From assembly GCA_002189035.1 (NCBI GenBank), contig NEEC01000012.1, positions 1,240,001 to 1,304,000 of the forward strand: a stretch of 64,000 nt of DNA, read 5' to 3'. This document shows positions 25,456 to 38,211 of the stretch, in pieces. The position numbers and the translations under genes were made by a program. This stretch comes from Utricularia gibba. Its lineage: Eukaryota > Plantae > Magnoliophyta. The notes below the pieces were generated by a model that worked only from the letters and a program-made list of their open reading frames with translations, was not told the DNA's origin and ran no database searches. The stretch's first letter is position 1; each line of letters begins with the position of its first letter.

Positions 25456-26541
25456 TCGTGGGATGGTGGACAGGTATTTCTCGAGCACAGGTTTAGGTTT
25501 GGCCTCAATGAGAAAAGAAGATGGAGCACCTAACAATGCATCTTCACTACCAAGAACTACGATATCAAACCCTTAGGTCTGGAGAAAGCTGCAATCACTA
25601 AGATTTACTCTCTAAAAATGATAGAAAAACATGTTTTTTAACATTAGAAAATCCTTATCAATCTTTGGTATTGAAGCACAGATTTCAGAAAATTTTAGCT
25701 CAAACTCATGCGTGTTTGGATTGAGATTGTAATTCAATTAAAATTGGATTGTGAATACAATAGTAGTTGAGTTGCGCTAGCAGACCTTGAAGTTGTGCTA
25801 ATGAGAGGTTATTTATGTACCGTTGGATCGTCAACCGTTCCAGCCAAATCTTTCATACACGACTATGAAAACATTAGCCGTGGTGAGTTTTCCAATCTAA
25901 GTAGCCGCGTGTGAAGCCCAATTGAGCCTGGGAAAACTAAAAGAGAGTCCACGTCTAAGGGATATTTCAACATTCAATTCATTGTATGTCGATTTGGTTA
26001 TAAAATCCGCATCAATTGGTTGTTGTTATTAATAAAATTGTTTATTATAAATATTCATTAAAATGCCACAAATGGAATGCACTTTATTCACCAATAAACC
26101 ACGTGATCCGCAAACCCATTTTCCCTATTTCCTTATTAATCGCCCTCATTTCCAAGACCGAAAGCATCGAATCGGAATCCGATCCCCGGAATTTAATTTC
26201 TAATTTCTTCAATTTAAAATAAATTTTCGTGCTGATTCGGAGTTAAATATTCGAATATTCTCTATTTTTGATGAAATTTTTAATCATTCCAGCACACGGA
26301 TAACTGCGTAGTGCGTACCCTCCTCGATTCAGAAACCCTAATGATGAATTCAGGTACGTTTCTTCCGCATTGTCGATCCAATCGTAAGGCTCCTCCAATC
26401 GCTCATGCAGCCAAATTCGTATTGCAGCGGAAAAGAATAGCAAGGACGCAAGTAGGCTCTGCCGCTATTGGGTTTCTCCCGGCAGTTGCAAGTATGGTGC
26501 CAATTGCCAGGTACACTGTTCGTCGTCAACAAGAATCCCAT
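25456..26541 (-). pseudogene. Two-exon remnant of an unidentified nuclear gene (exons 26541-26319 and 25571-25456)
   Basis: ATG, a GT donor and an AG acceptor join in phase: MGFLLTTNSVP...MRKKRT*IHH*GF*IEE/GFDIVVLGSEDALLGAPSSFLIEAKPKPVLEKYLSTIPR|GT. Three in-frame stops. Family not recognised. Confidence 0.4.
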
Positions 26542-27299
26542 TTTCGATTAGGGCTTATAGTTTAAGATTTTGGGGTTACTCGAGAGTGCTCTATCTTATG
26601 ATGAAGACGCGTTGCACTCGTCTAGTTGGCTTGTTTAGGGTTTAGAACTGCAGGTTTTATGGTCCTCCCGATTGGGATTTCGGGCTTACTCGAAAGTGCA
26701 CCGTTTCTTTTATCAGTTTGTTCATGGTGAGGAGGAGTTGCGGTCCTCTCGTTTGGCTATCAAGGTACCGTAGAACGAGAAGGAGCACACACGTAATTCT
26801 CCCGATTCAATATTTATGCACACCATGTGATGTTAATAATGCCCTGAGGGTTTGTTTAGCCTCAAATCAGCCATGATGATGGGGACTGGAGCCCGTTGGA
26901 CGATGGAAGTGATGTGGGTACCGCGAATGCTTCCAGAAAGCAAGTAAAGGAGCACATTGAGAATGTTCTTTACGGGTGCAAGCGCACTTCCTCGAGATTT
27001 CTCGCGTTCTTTCCACCCGAGAAGTGAAATCGTTATCTTGCACATCAACCGTTGCTCGAAAAAAACCTAAGACTTTTGGTTTTCAGCTGATTCTTAGAGT
27101 GAAATCAAGGGCTTCGAACTGAGAAATAATCAAGAAAATGTTGATGTTGCTTTGGCATTGCAGCTATTTTTGTAGGCTACTTGTGTTGACAATCTTGGGA
27201 AGTTACTAATCCAAGCGTATCATGATTAGGTGAAAACTATTGGATTCAACTTACATTGTGTTTGATAAGCTTATTCATACATTTAGAAATGCATGTGTT

Positions 27300-27922
27300 C
27301 AGAGTTTGGCCGGTTCCAGAACTGGTGGTTCTCGTTCCTCCAGTTCCCGAACCGTTAAAATTTTGAGAAATCGAACCAGAGTCGAAAATTGGAACCACAG
27401 TTTTTCGGTTCCCGGTTCTAGTTCCGAATAGAACCACAAAATATGAATTTTTTTTAATTGAGATAAAATAATGTTTAAAAATATTATATAAATATTTATA
27501 TAACAACAGTTTTTTATAATTGATAAATGATAATAAACACTTTAAAATGAAAAACTAATATTCGAAATTAAAAAATAAAAATTACTTTGCGTCTAAAATT
27601 AAAAATATATTTAAAATATCGGTTCTGGTTGAAAATTAAAAATATTTAAAATTAAATACTTTCAAAATATGAATACAACAAAAAATAAAAATTCTGTTTT
27701 TTAAAAAATAATTAAATACTCGATGTCGAACCAGAATCGAAGTATCAGTTACAAGAACCATCGTTTTCTGAACCATGGTTCCGGCTCCTCAATTACTCAA
27801 ATCAAACAGAAACTAATCTTTGATTTGGAACCAGTGTGGCATCTGGGTTCCGGTTTCAAACCGGGACTAAACCAATGGTTCCAGCTTGAACTGCAGTTCG
27901 GTTCCGAACCGACCTAACCCTA
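27300..27922. mobile_element. Non-autonomous hAT-type MITE (623 bp)
   Basis: Imperfect TIRs CAGAGTTTGGCCGGTTC / GAACCGACCTAACCCTA (13/17 match). Clustered GGTTC/GAACC subterminal repeats at both ends and an AT-rich core. 8-bp TSD catgtgtt (27292-27299) / cacgtgtt (27923-27930). Confidence 0.88.
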
Positions 27923-28139
27923 CACGTGTTATTAACATTGTGTGATTTATAAAATATTATTATAATAATAGAATAAAATGAGTATGGGTTACTTGTCAGA
28001 ATAGGCCGAAATACGTTAACTGGAGATGCAAATCCTCGTGTCACTACCACAAATTTGGTTCGGGTTTAATTTGGACAAGGCCTTTTGTTTTTTTATTACG
28101 AGATACATAATCGAGATCCTAATAGATTTAGGTATCTTG

Positions 28140-28358
28140 GCAATCTAGATTGGTCGGACTCTATTATGGATTTGTGACCACATTCTCCATAGGACCCTCT
28201 TATCTCTTCCTTCTCCCAGCTCAGGCTATGGAAGGGGGAACTTACAAGAAGGAATTAGCAACAATCGGTTTTCTTATGGAACAGTTCATGATCTTCATAT
28301 CGATCTATTATGTGCCTTTACATGTAGCATTGGCTGGAATTCATACAATAACTATTTA
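28140..28358 (+). pseudogene. ycf1: Nuclear plastid DNA insertion (NUPT): ycf1 5' fragment
   Basis: [21 protein letters not shown]...[16 protein letters not shown]...HTIT matches the conserved Ycf1 N-terminus, with many substitutions. Confidence 0.9.
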
Positions 28359-30322
28359 ATCATATCGTGATCAACTTTGCAAAGCCAACTTAGGTTATGA
28401 GTATTGACTTGGACTTCTAACCGAATGCACTACTTTGACTAAAAAATTACTCAAAAGGAATTTTTTAACAATAGAAAACTGAAAGCAAAATGTATTGTAA
28501 GGGATCGATTCGAACCTTTTTTCCATCCGCAAATAAATAAAGCAACAACCCTTTGTCATTAATTTAATCTTAGAAGTTCAATTCTATATGAATTTTCATG
28601 TCCCCAACCAAGCGGTAATCATTCAACCATATTTATCAAGGCTGTTATTTCACGTAAGTCTTTTTTATTCAATAAATTTTTAATTTTTTTTAAGTTATTG
28701 TAAATACAACAGCATTTTAAACATATATTTATAAAGCATATTTACTAAACGTACTATCAATTATAATCATAGTCTTTACCTAAACTCAAATGACTTAAAT
28801 ATATAACTAATTAAGCTATATTACCAAATATGCTATTAACCATTTTAACGTGACCCGATTGTACTTATGGAATTGATTTTCGTTTAGTATGATATCAGAG
28901 CAAGTAGTATTTTGAATAATAAATGTGTCGAAAAAAAAGTTGTAATACAAAGAAAACTAAACTCTACCTAATTTCAACCACTTGACGTATATTAATCATG
29001 AATTAAACTCTAAAAGAAATTAAATTACTTATTACCTGAAAAAGCAACAAGCTTCTTTCACTACATAAGAGTTCACAAGTGAAAAGTATGTCGAACCTCA
29101 ACTTTTACACATCATTTTCTTTCAATGAAAAAATAGGAAAAAAAGGAAAAAGAAAAGATGGTTGTCTTCTCACTTGCAGTGGCTTCTGGTGATTATGAAG
29201 GAGCCGAACTACATGTAGAAATGTTACTCTCAATGGCGTCGAAGTGTAGGATTGGCACTCTGTTCCAAATGCAAAAAAAATTGGATTCATAAATAGGAAC
29301 TTCATAGAATCTTCCATATTGGACTCCAACTATGATCAATGGATGCAAGCACATACTATGGTAATGTTGACAATCATGTGATGATCATCCGGAAGAAAAG
29401 CGATCCTAAACCAGTTTACTGTGTCTCTTGCTATCTGTTGCTTTTGTGGTTAATGCACACAAACGAATTTCCAGGTAAAAACCCAGCAGGGAAAACCTCC
29501 TGTTAGGCTCAAGGATTCACTTTGTTTCGGGACACAGTACAACACAACACAATGCAACAACACAACCACAACCCAGCAAGGATTTTTGCTGTTGCTCAAG
29601 GAGAACTTCAGTAGTCTACCCAGACAGAATCCTCACCCATCAACTGCCCGTTTTTCTCCCACCATGGCTGTCTGTTGAAGCCACCACTTAATCCATAACT
29701 GCTACGGACACGTGGGAGGACTGAGTCACTTCTGACCTACACCATTGCGGATTTGTCGCAAAAGGTAATGTGTTGGTTGCTTCCTTCTTTATCTTCACAA
29801 CTGGGTGAGTATACCATCGCTTCTTCTGCCCATGAATTGTGGATTGAATTGGAAGATACAAATTTCACCAGAGAAGTGGAGCACAACTGATTGAAATAGG
29901 GCAAGCATTTGAAAATCCAAAATAGGGTATGCTTTTTATTACTATCTACATATCGAAATTGGAGGGTTTCTGGAGAAAAGCTATGGCCAAAATTCTGAAA
30001 TTGAATCATCTTATTAAATTTCTCATCAGTCTTGATGATTATTATGAAACATTTAGAATTAAGTTCTTGTTATAAAAACATTGCCCAAATTATGACAAGT
30101 TTTTTTATATTGTGCTGGGCAGTGAACTTCAAAAACCAAGTTCACGGCTGCCATCGATGGAACGAAGTGCACTCATGGTACAAAACAATTTCAGTTTTAC
30201 GCATACTAATACACTAGATTAGCCTCACACCCCCTGCACCTCAAGCCTCCGCGACACCTCTAGTGCCCTTGGAAACATTCTGTGCTCGCCCCTAGACCTC
30301 GCAACCACTCACGTGCCCCCAC

Positions 30323-30484
30323 CCACACATGTCCCATCGTGCCGCGCTTGTCCAATGCCCCTCCGCATGTACTTTGCGTGCACGATCGCATGCCCACATA
30401 ACTATGTCCCATGTCCCGGCATGCCCCCTCGCCCAATGCCCTCTGCATGTACTTTGCATGCACGATCGCGTGCCCACACAAGCT
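30323..30484. repeat. GC-rich tandem duplication, ~81-bp period, two diverged copies
   Basis: CCAATGCCC..GCATGTACTTTGC.TGCACGATCGC.TGCCCACA starts at 30352 and again at 30433. Confidence 0.75.
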
Positions 30485-32563
30485 CGTGCCCGCCCAACAC
30501 ATGGCATCCAGCCTCCCAGAGCCTTGTTGGTTGGTGATGTGATAATTGGAGAAGAAAAGAAGAGGACTAGTGAATTATAAATGCAAGTCTATCGTTAAAG
30601 CATTCTCCGAAAATTCTTCAAAGTTCTTCCTTTCCCTCCTCCATACTTCTTTTAAGGGTAACCTCCTAGAGGTAGGCTGTGAGCTCCGCGTGCGCTCGCA
30701 CGCAATCATACTCACACGCTAGTTAGCAATTAGCAACTAGCAACAGTAGCGTAAAATCACAACACTCCTTACCTTTTAATAACCTCCATGACTCCGAACC
30801 ATGTTCCTCAACGCATGCCACTATGCCGCCCCCGCCTTCCTCAGTCTCCCATCATTTTCCCTCCATCTTCGTGTATCTTATCTTGCCTCCACCAACACCA
30901 CCATCATCTAGTTTCCTTTAAATATGCACTTTTCCTTGTAGTGGACCCCACTCTAGGCCCTTTTCCCCTCCTACGGAGTTTGGCCTATCACCTTCCTATA
31001 ATTTTACACCTCCGTGTGAACCCGGTCCACCGACCCTACCCCGTCCAACTTTATTATCAATGCTCAACTTCTCTCAAATATCAAATGCAGTCACCTCTAC
31101 AATATACCTATACTTATCAAAACCAACATCAAGCTTTTCCAACTCAAGCTACATGCCGTGTGTGTAATCTCGAATGACGTAATACTGATACTTGTTTCCT
31201 ATTTAAAGAAATACCGAAATGATACAAAAAACAACCATGGAGATGGTTGAAAGTCTATATGGAGAAAACAAATTAATAAAATGGCAACATGTAGTTAAAT
31301 TAATATATTAATTTTTACAGTTGAGTTCCATGCATTAAATAAAAAACAAGAGATTGTGGATGTTTTTGAAATTATATGGTTATAGAAATTTGAGTTTGAA
31401 GGTACCTTCATCCCTCTCATTATTTTTCAACTAATAATATATTGAATTATTGACACATGTGCTACTATACACATTTGTAATGTAAGCTGTTTTGATGAAC
31501 TCCAACAAAATGACGAAAAACATTTGAAGAACGATAAGGATATTGCATAAGTGAACACTTTAGATTGTAAAATCCTTTGACTAGAACTAATGACAAAAAG
31601 CAAGAGCAATAAAGTTGAAACTATAATTAAGTTTCTACTCATCCATGTTGGATTAGAAGTTGGGTTTAAAGACTTGCCATCAAAAGACTTCATCAATTCG
31701 AAACTAAATCTACCTTAAAGTCTAAATTATCTCTTCATTTTTTATGTGTGCTATTTTACTTGTTAGTTTTTCTTTTTATATAATTTAAACTTAGTAATGT
31801 TAGAATTCAATTCTAAAGTATAAATACTCTAAAAATATACACTAACTTATTTCATGAATTTTATGAGGAATTTTTTCTTCTTTGATTAATTGAATGTTCT
31901 TGATTTATCAAGTTTTTGAGTTTGTAATATTCAAAGATTATCATTTCTAATTCCTTCTCATTTTGAAGTATGACTTCTAATTTTCCCTTTTTTTCATAAT
32001 TTGATTACAAGAGATTATTTCTCTTGAAAGTAGAATTGAATGGATTCCTTTCTAAATATTAATTTATCTCATGTTTGTGAGCTGTTAATCTCTTTTAGAT
32101 TAGAGGATTACATCAATTTTTTTTTATATTTTGGAAATGATCAAACTCATCAAGATTGCCCTAAATGACGATATATACATGCCATCCTTTGAATATAATC
32201 TGTTTTCTATTGATTATCTTTCTAAATTCAACCAAACTAATTGTTTATTTTCTCTAATTGCTTTTTTCATCTAGAGTTCGGGGCACCCCGATTTTTTATC
32301 ATGTAAAACATGAGTTTAATGGTATGTATATCTAGGATCATGAATAATCATCAACTCTTTTGTCAACTTGCTCCACTTTTGCTCCTAGTAATGAATGCAT
32401 TGATACCCACATGTTAAGTGTCATTTTTTAATTAATTATTAGGTATTATTATGTGTTAATTATGTATAAAGTCGTCCAAATTAGGAGTCTCATTATTAAG
32501 TATTTGATTTTTACTAGAAAATTCCTATTTTCCCATTTTGTTTATATCTTTTTTCTTACACTT

Positions 32564-33720
32564 TGACCGAGACATGTCAAGAGACTGTCATAGAGTGTTG
32601 TAGGAGTATTGCAGGTGGTCAGACTTTGAGTTTTTCGTGCCTTGTACGCGAATTGGAATGATTGTGGGCGAAAGACTGACACTGGTCAAGGCCCATGATT
32701 TACGGCATGTCAGAGTCTGCAGCAATGATTGGGCGCAAACTTGCACGCAAAGAAAGGCTGCTGGCACACACAAGATAGAAGGAATGATGAGAAGGGGACC
32801 CAAAAGAGTTAATGCACGTGGGAAGTCATATAAAAGCCACTTGGAGCACATAGTTTTGGACTTTTGAACAATTTATATTGTACTTAGAACTTTTGAGTTC
32901 TTCCTCCTTGAGAGGAGGAAGAACACTTAGTTTCTTTTCGTTTCTGTTTCAATGGCCCTTTCGGGCTAAAAACCTTTAGTTTCTGGGAAGTAGATGAAGT
33001 TTCCTTCCAAGTCTTGAGCAATACACTTGGTTCTTCACTGAATTCAATTCGGATTCCGCATACTTCCATGCGTCTTGTTACAGTCTTTCTGTAACGACTT
33101 TTAGTCAAGGTCCATGAGTAGCAGGCCACTTCTCGCGAATTTTAGTGAAGATCAAGGTGAAGAGCACCAATTCCAACCCTATTGGTTCGAGGGAAGTAGC
33201 AGATTGTTTGTGGTCTAGGTATCGCGACAGTGGACAGGTTGTGACCTCGGACCTGCCGCTGGCCATTGGCAACAGCTGGGCACATGCGCACAATTCGGTT
33301 TTGAAGACAATCGAAGTCAATCCTCTTGTCTTCCTAATCGTCTAAGGGGGAATTACTTGAGGCTATTTCCATGCCTCCTTGTCAATCAAAGTGTAAGGAA
33401 GAGTAGACTATTCCTTGCTCCTATAACCAGCTATTCGGAAGAAATCAATGAAAACCGAGGCAAGGACGGACAAAGGAAGGAGATGGAGTCTTATTCCCAG
33501 GAACTGTGTCCCGTAGTCAAGGCCCATCACTTAGGTTGCATCTTTTATTTCTGTATCTTAAAAACTCCCTTTTGCAAAACCGTGACATTTTGTGAAAGTT
33601 TCTTGCAAACACTTTTCACGAAAAACAACTCCCTGAGATCGATACTCGTACTACGTTTTCTAGTGTTTTACGTTTTAAAATATTTAAAATTTGTTGAGGA
33701 AATGACACGCAACACCACAC
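32564..33720. mobile_element. Gypsy (Tat/Athila-type) LTR-like remnant
   Basis: Contains an ACTCCCTGAGATCGATACTCGTACT motif like the U5 end of Athila/Tat LTRs (compare 39478-39500). Ends and TSD are unresolved. Confidence 0.4.
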
Positions 33721-34753
33721 ATGTTTTGTGGCATTTGAAACTTGGTGATGCACCATTCAATGTATTAATGAGTGATATTTTTTAATGCAAATGAGAATGC
33801 GAAAGTTCATCTTATTTCATGTGATGCTTGTCATTAATCCAAACAAATTGAACTTTGTTTTTTAATTAGCATCTCAATCAAGTTGAATCCTTTTGACCTC
33901 ATTTATGAAGATTTCTGAAGATCACATAAAGTTTCTACTTTGAGATTTATAGGAGAGTCACATGGATCTTTATGATCAATACATGCTTCAAACCCTAGGG
34001 ATGCATTTGGTAGGGGTGTTTAGACTAGTTTTACCGGGTTTGGTTTAATATTGTTCGTGTTTGGAATAGGTTAATTTAAATCCGGGTTTAAACTAAATAC
34101 CACATTTCTAGATTTCATGGGTTTACAATCAACTCACCCCTTTGTATGTTTAAAATAAACTGGGTGTTTGATATTTTGTATTGATTTTTTTACCCTTTAA
34201 TTTTTTGTAACTTATCTAATTTAATCCTCCAACCCTAATTTATTTTACATCATTTCTTCACCAATTCGGCCATATCAGAGCATTACCTAGTGATGCTTAC
34301 GGCTACTGGACTTTCACTATCTAGGGTGCAGCATTCATGCTGCTTCGCCTAGCAGCACAATGCTTGTATTCATCTCCCACAACCCCATTTTCATGATTTA
34401 GGCTGCTCCCATTTCTTTTCCCCGATTTTCTTTCCTTGGGTCTCCGTCAAAGGTTCATTGGAATTTTTTCGAATTGCATGCGTTATCTCCTGGAGTGTCA
34501 TTAAGTAAGTTTACATTTCGTTAAATTTTTAGCCAAGTTCCTTATTTTTTTTCGGATACTTTCTGATTTTGTGATTGATATGAATTGATTTCTTTACATT
34601 TGGTCCATTTTTGCTCCTTGTATGATTATGTAGTTGAACAATTTTTCTTCTATGATTTTTTCATCATGAATTTGTTTTAGAAGCTGTTGATTCTTAGTGG
34701 ATGAATGACTTTAGTGACACTTGGATATTTTTTTTTTTCTGTAGATACTGCAA

Positions 34754-36150
34754 ATGGATGATGATTTTGTGACTGAAATTGTTGCATTGATTAGTGTTAA
34801 AATAATGTTGTGTAATCGCTTGTTCATGAAATATGCAGCTTTAAGATATCTCAGCAAAGTAGAGGATAGCAGTAGATCAATATTGATTCGAACAAAATAT
34901 TCTTACCTTTAAAAAATACCTAGATAGATAGATAGACTCAATAGGTTTGTATCGGATTTGAATAGTACCGCATTTGAAAGTTTGAAAATGAACAAAGATA
35001 TGTTCGGGAGGCTATGTTTTCTATTTGAGCAACATGGATTGCAAAACTCAAGATATGTACAAGTAAAAGAAAAGATTGCCCTTTTTGGGAATTTTGGCTC
35101 ATCATACAAAAATGCATATTCAAAATGGAGACTAGGAAAGGTCGACATACACTATTTCAAAGTACTTCTAGGAGGTTCTATCTACTGCAATCAGGATTCA
35201 AGATAAGTTTTTTGTTAAACCAGTGCCAATACATGAGGGAAATGCGATACCAAGATTCAAATACTTTAAGGTACTTTATAAATGAATATCTATTATGTGT
35301 AAGAGAGATTGATAACTTTGTTTTTCTAAAATTTTTTAGGTGCATTGGATGAAACTTATATCAATGTACGTGTTAAAGAATCTCTAAAAGCACTGTTTAG
35401 GTCTCATAAGGGCAAAATTTCTATAAATGTTTTGGGTGTTGTGACCAAAACATGAACTATATTTATTTGCTCGATGGCTAGGAGGGTTCGGCCACATATG
35501 GCCGTGTATTATGAAATGCATTGTCAAGACCAAATGGTCTCCATGTTCGCATTGGTTGGTAACTCCCAGTTTTGACATTCTTTTTTATTTAGGTATGCCA
35601 TTCTTTTTTTAAGTCATTGCTGTTTTATTTTATTAGGTATGTTAAATGCATCTAGAGTATATGTACTGACATAATTCTTTATGTACTCTTAGGTGAATAT
35701 TGCTTTTGTGATAATGGTTATACATATTGTGTTTGATTTTTGAGCTTGTATAAAGGAGTTCGATACCATTTGAAGGAATGAGGTCTCGGTACACAAGGGC
35801 TGCAAAATCCTAGAGAATTATTTAATATGCGGCACTCATTTGCAAGAAATATTATTGAAAGAGATTTTGCATTATTAAAAGGGTGTTAGGCAATCTTACG
35901 AAGTCCGTCCTTCTAATGTTTAAAGATGCAAACATTAATTATCATTGCCTATGCATTACTCTACAATTTTATTCGATTATAGATAGATGTTGATCCTTTA
36001 TAGGAAGAGATAGAAGAGGATCACGAGGATAGTGATGATGATGATGCTTTACAAGATAAATTTGTAGATGGTGTAGAGACAAACCAAGAATGGACAAATT
36101 AGAGAGATAATTTTGTTCAAGAAATGTGGGAAGAGTATTTTGGGATGTGA
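34754..36150 (+). pseudogene. Harbinger DDE transposase (element 2), degenerate
   Basis: ESLKMNKDMFGRLC, NSRYVQVKEK, DG*EGSA, YCFCDNGY, YKGVRYHLKE, FNMRHSFARNIIERDF, and an acidic tail. Multiple stops. Same exon layout as 16861-18012. Confidence 0.88.
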
Positions 36151-37455
36151 TCCACTTCACTCTTAATGATAAGGGTCTTTAGTGAAGATGATGTTATCAT
36201 GATAGTGCCTTTGTTCTCATTTGTTTCAGTCTACATGTTGTATTTGTTATATTTGTACTGTTGTTGTTGTTTTGTTGTTGGTCTTGTTTTTATGAGATTA
36301 GTCAATTCCTATATGTTTGACCTGCTACAGAAGTTCATCCTCTTTTTTGTTACTTTGAACCTCTTTCAGTAAAATATCTTTGTTATCCAAAATAGAGGCA
36401 TAAAATGTACTCCAATGATTTGGCCAGGGATAGTGGTCGGCAGCGGGGGAGACTTGGAGGGAGAACGCTTGGGGAGATTCGGATTATGATTAACACCAAG
36501 AAGAAGAATATCATTACTTCATAAAATATGCATCCCCATACATTTATTTATAAAATGAATATCTTCTATATACATTTAAAAGAAATACATTACTTCATAA
36601 AATGCACGAAAAATATACATCATCTTATTACATTATACACAAAATATAATTCTAATGCTAATAATCAAATAAATTAAATCATTTTTGTTATACTTCTATC
36701 AATCTATCAACCAATGTTTTCTTGGACTTGCATAAATTAAATCATTATTGTTATGATAATATAAGATTAAAAATTAATGAAACTGATTTGTGTACAAGCA
36801 AGGGGTGCATGTTTCTTGGACTCGTAGGGCTGCATTCATGTTTGGCAGGGAGCCCAATTTCGATCTCTCCAAGGAGGAAAAGCAGGAGCTAGGCAAGTTC
36901 AGGTGGGATGAGTTTTTAGCAATGACTCGTTTTGCAATCAGCAGCAATAGTGAGGCAACTGCTACATGTGAATTATCATTCATTCATTCCCTATGCTTTA
37001 CTCAATTGTATGTCCCTATCTGCTTGTAAATGGTTTGGGGTGGTTTCTCAGGGAGTGAGAGAAGAAGAGCGAAAAAGTTCAATGACATTAATTAGGAAGC
37101 TTCCAAGTTAATGCAAATGACATAGTAGCAGCCCGCTGATGCATTTTTGAGACTTGAGAGTACAAGCTTCTAAGTTAAACAAAGACATGATAGTATCAAC
37201 AGAAGCAATATAAACTACTTCGAACCAGAGGGTCCATCAACTTTAACCGACAACTCGAACAGGGGCAGAAACTCCATATACAACATCGGCCGCTGAAACT
37301 TTCGAGCTATAACCATACAATAGCATAAAAATGCTTATTATTTAAAATGTACTCCAAATAACTAGTTTCTGAATAAACAAGGGAAAATGAATACAATGCA
37401 AATTTGAACTTCTCAAAAGAGGCATAATCCAAAATTCAAATCATAACAAACTATT

Positions 37456-38010
37456 TCATTGAGACTTTGCAATGTCCCTTACTATTACCAAAGGTACTCC
37501 TTCATTTTCCCTCAGGAATGAATGCATCTTTGGAGGATTAGTCATAATTATTTCTCCAGCTCTAATCAAATCTGCATCACTCAAGTCTGAAAGTAGCAAG
37601 GAAAATAGAAAATCTGCAACCTGATCATTTCTCTCCATCATCAATGTACCATAACCAAGTCTATAACCAGGATGATCAATAGCATCATTTGTGCTATCTA
37701 TTAACTTTTCCATGTGAGCTGCCATATCAACATCACTTGAAGCCACAATTTTCCACTTGATTGTTACCTCGGTCTTTAATCCAGACATGCTTGGAGAGAC
37801 ATTATCAGAAAATTCTTCAAATGATGTCTCTACTGGTAGAGACTCATTCAGTTTGGGACTCAGAGGAATGCTTTAACTTGCTCTAGAACTTCATCCAGAA
37901 ATTCTCCACAACCTACTCCATCGCCCTATCTCATCCAAAAATCTCTTCCCAATCAGGGTAAAGTGAAAATGACTTATATCTCAATGTTCGAACTCTTGAA
38001 TCCTTCTGAA
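37456..38010 (-). pseudogene. Harbinger Myb/SANT ORF1, exon 2 (element 2)
   Basis: KDSRVRTLRYKSFSLYPDWEEIFG*DRA and C-terminal DAIDHPGYRLGYG...GEIIMTNPPKM...RDIAK, homologous by eye to 11266-12046. Confidence 0.75.
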
Positions 38011-38211
38011 GAAAAATCATGATATCAAACTAACAACCTTGGTTCCATATGCACATCATGCTATATTTTTGCAAAAGTGAAAATCCATGTGGTATTTATC
38101 CACATACAATAAACAAAGTATTCTTTTATCCCCAGCCGGTTTGTATCCTATCAAGTACATTTAAATAACTCGTTTTCACTATTTAGTCCCACCCAAATAT
38201 GTTTGCAAGTG

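Larger units (their letters stand above)
33998..38040 (+). mobile_element. PIF/Harbinger element 2: transposase (+) and Myb/SANT ORF (-) convergent
   Basis: TIR-like GGGATGCATTTGGTA at 33998, then transposase 34754-36150 and the partner ORF 37456-~38010 on the opposite strand. Right end not identified. Confidence 0.8.

Noticed and set aside
28507-28516. tRNA B-box-like GGTTCGAATC on the minus strand
   Set aside because: No cloverleaf, A-box or SINE tail was found.
29377-29741. Candidate solo LTR (TG...CA, LTR-like composition)
   Set aside because: Flanks aatca / ccatt do not form a TSD, so the boundaries are unsupported.
33357-33785. 142-aa ORF, and the 129-aa ORF at 30788-31177
   Set aside because: Both lie in LTR-like or low-complexity sequence and show no domain motifs or splice structure.
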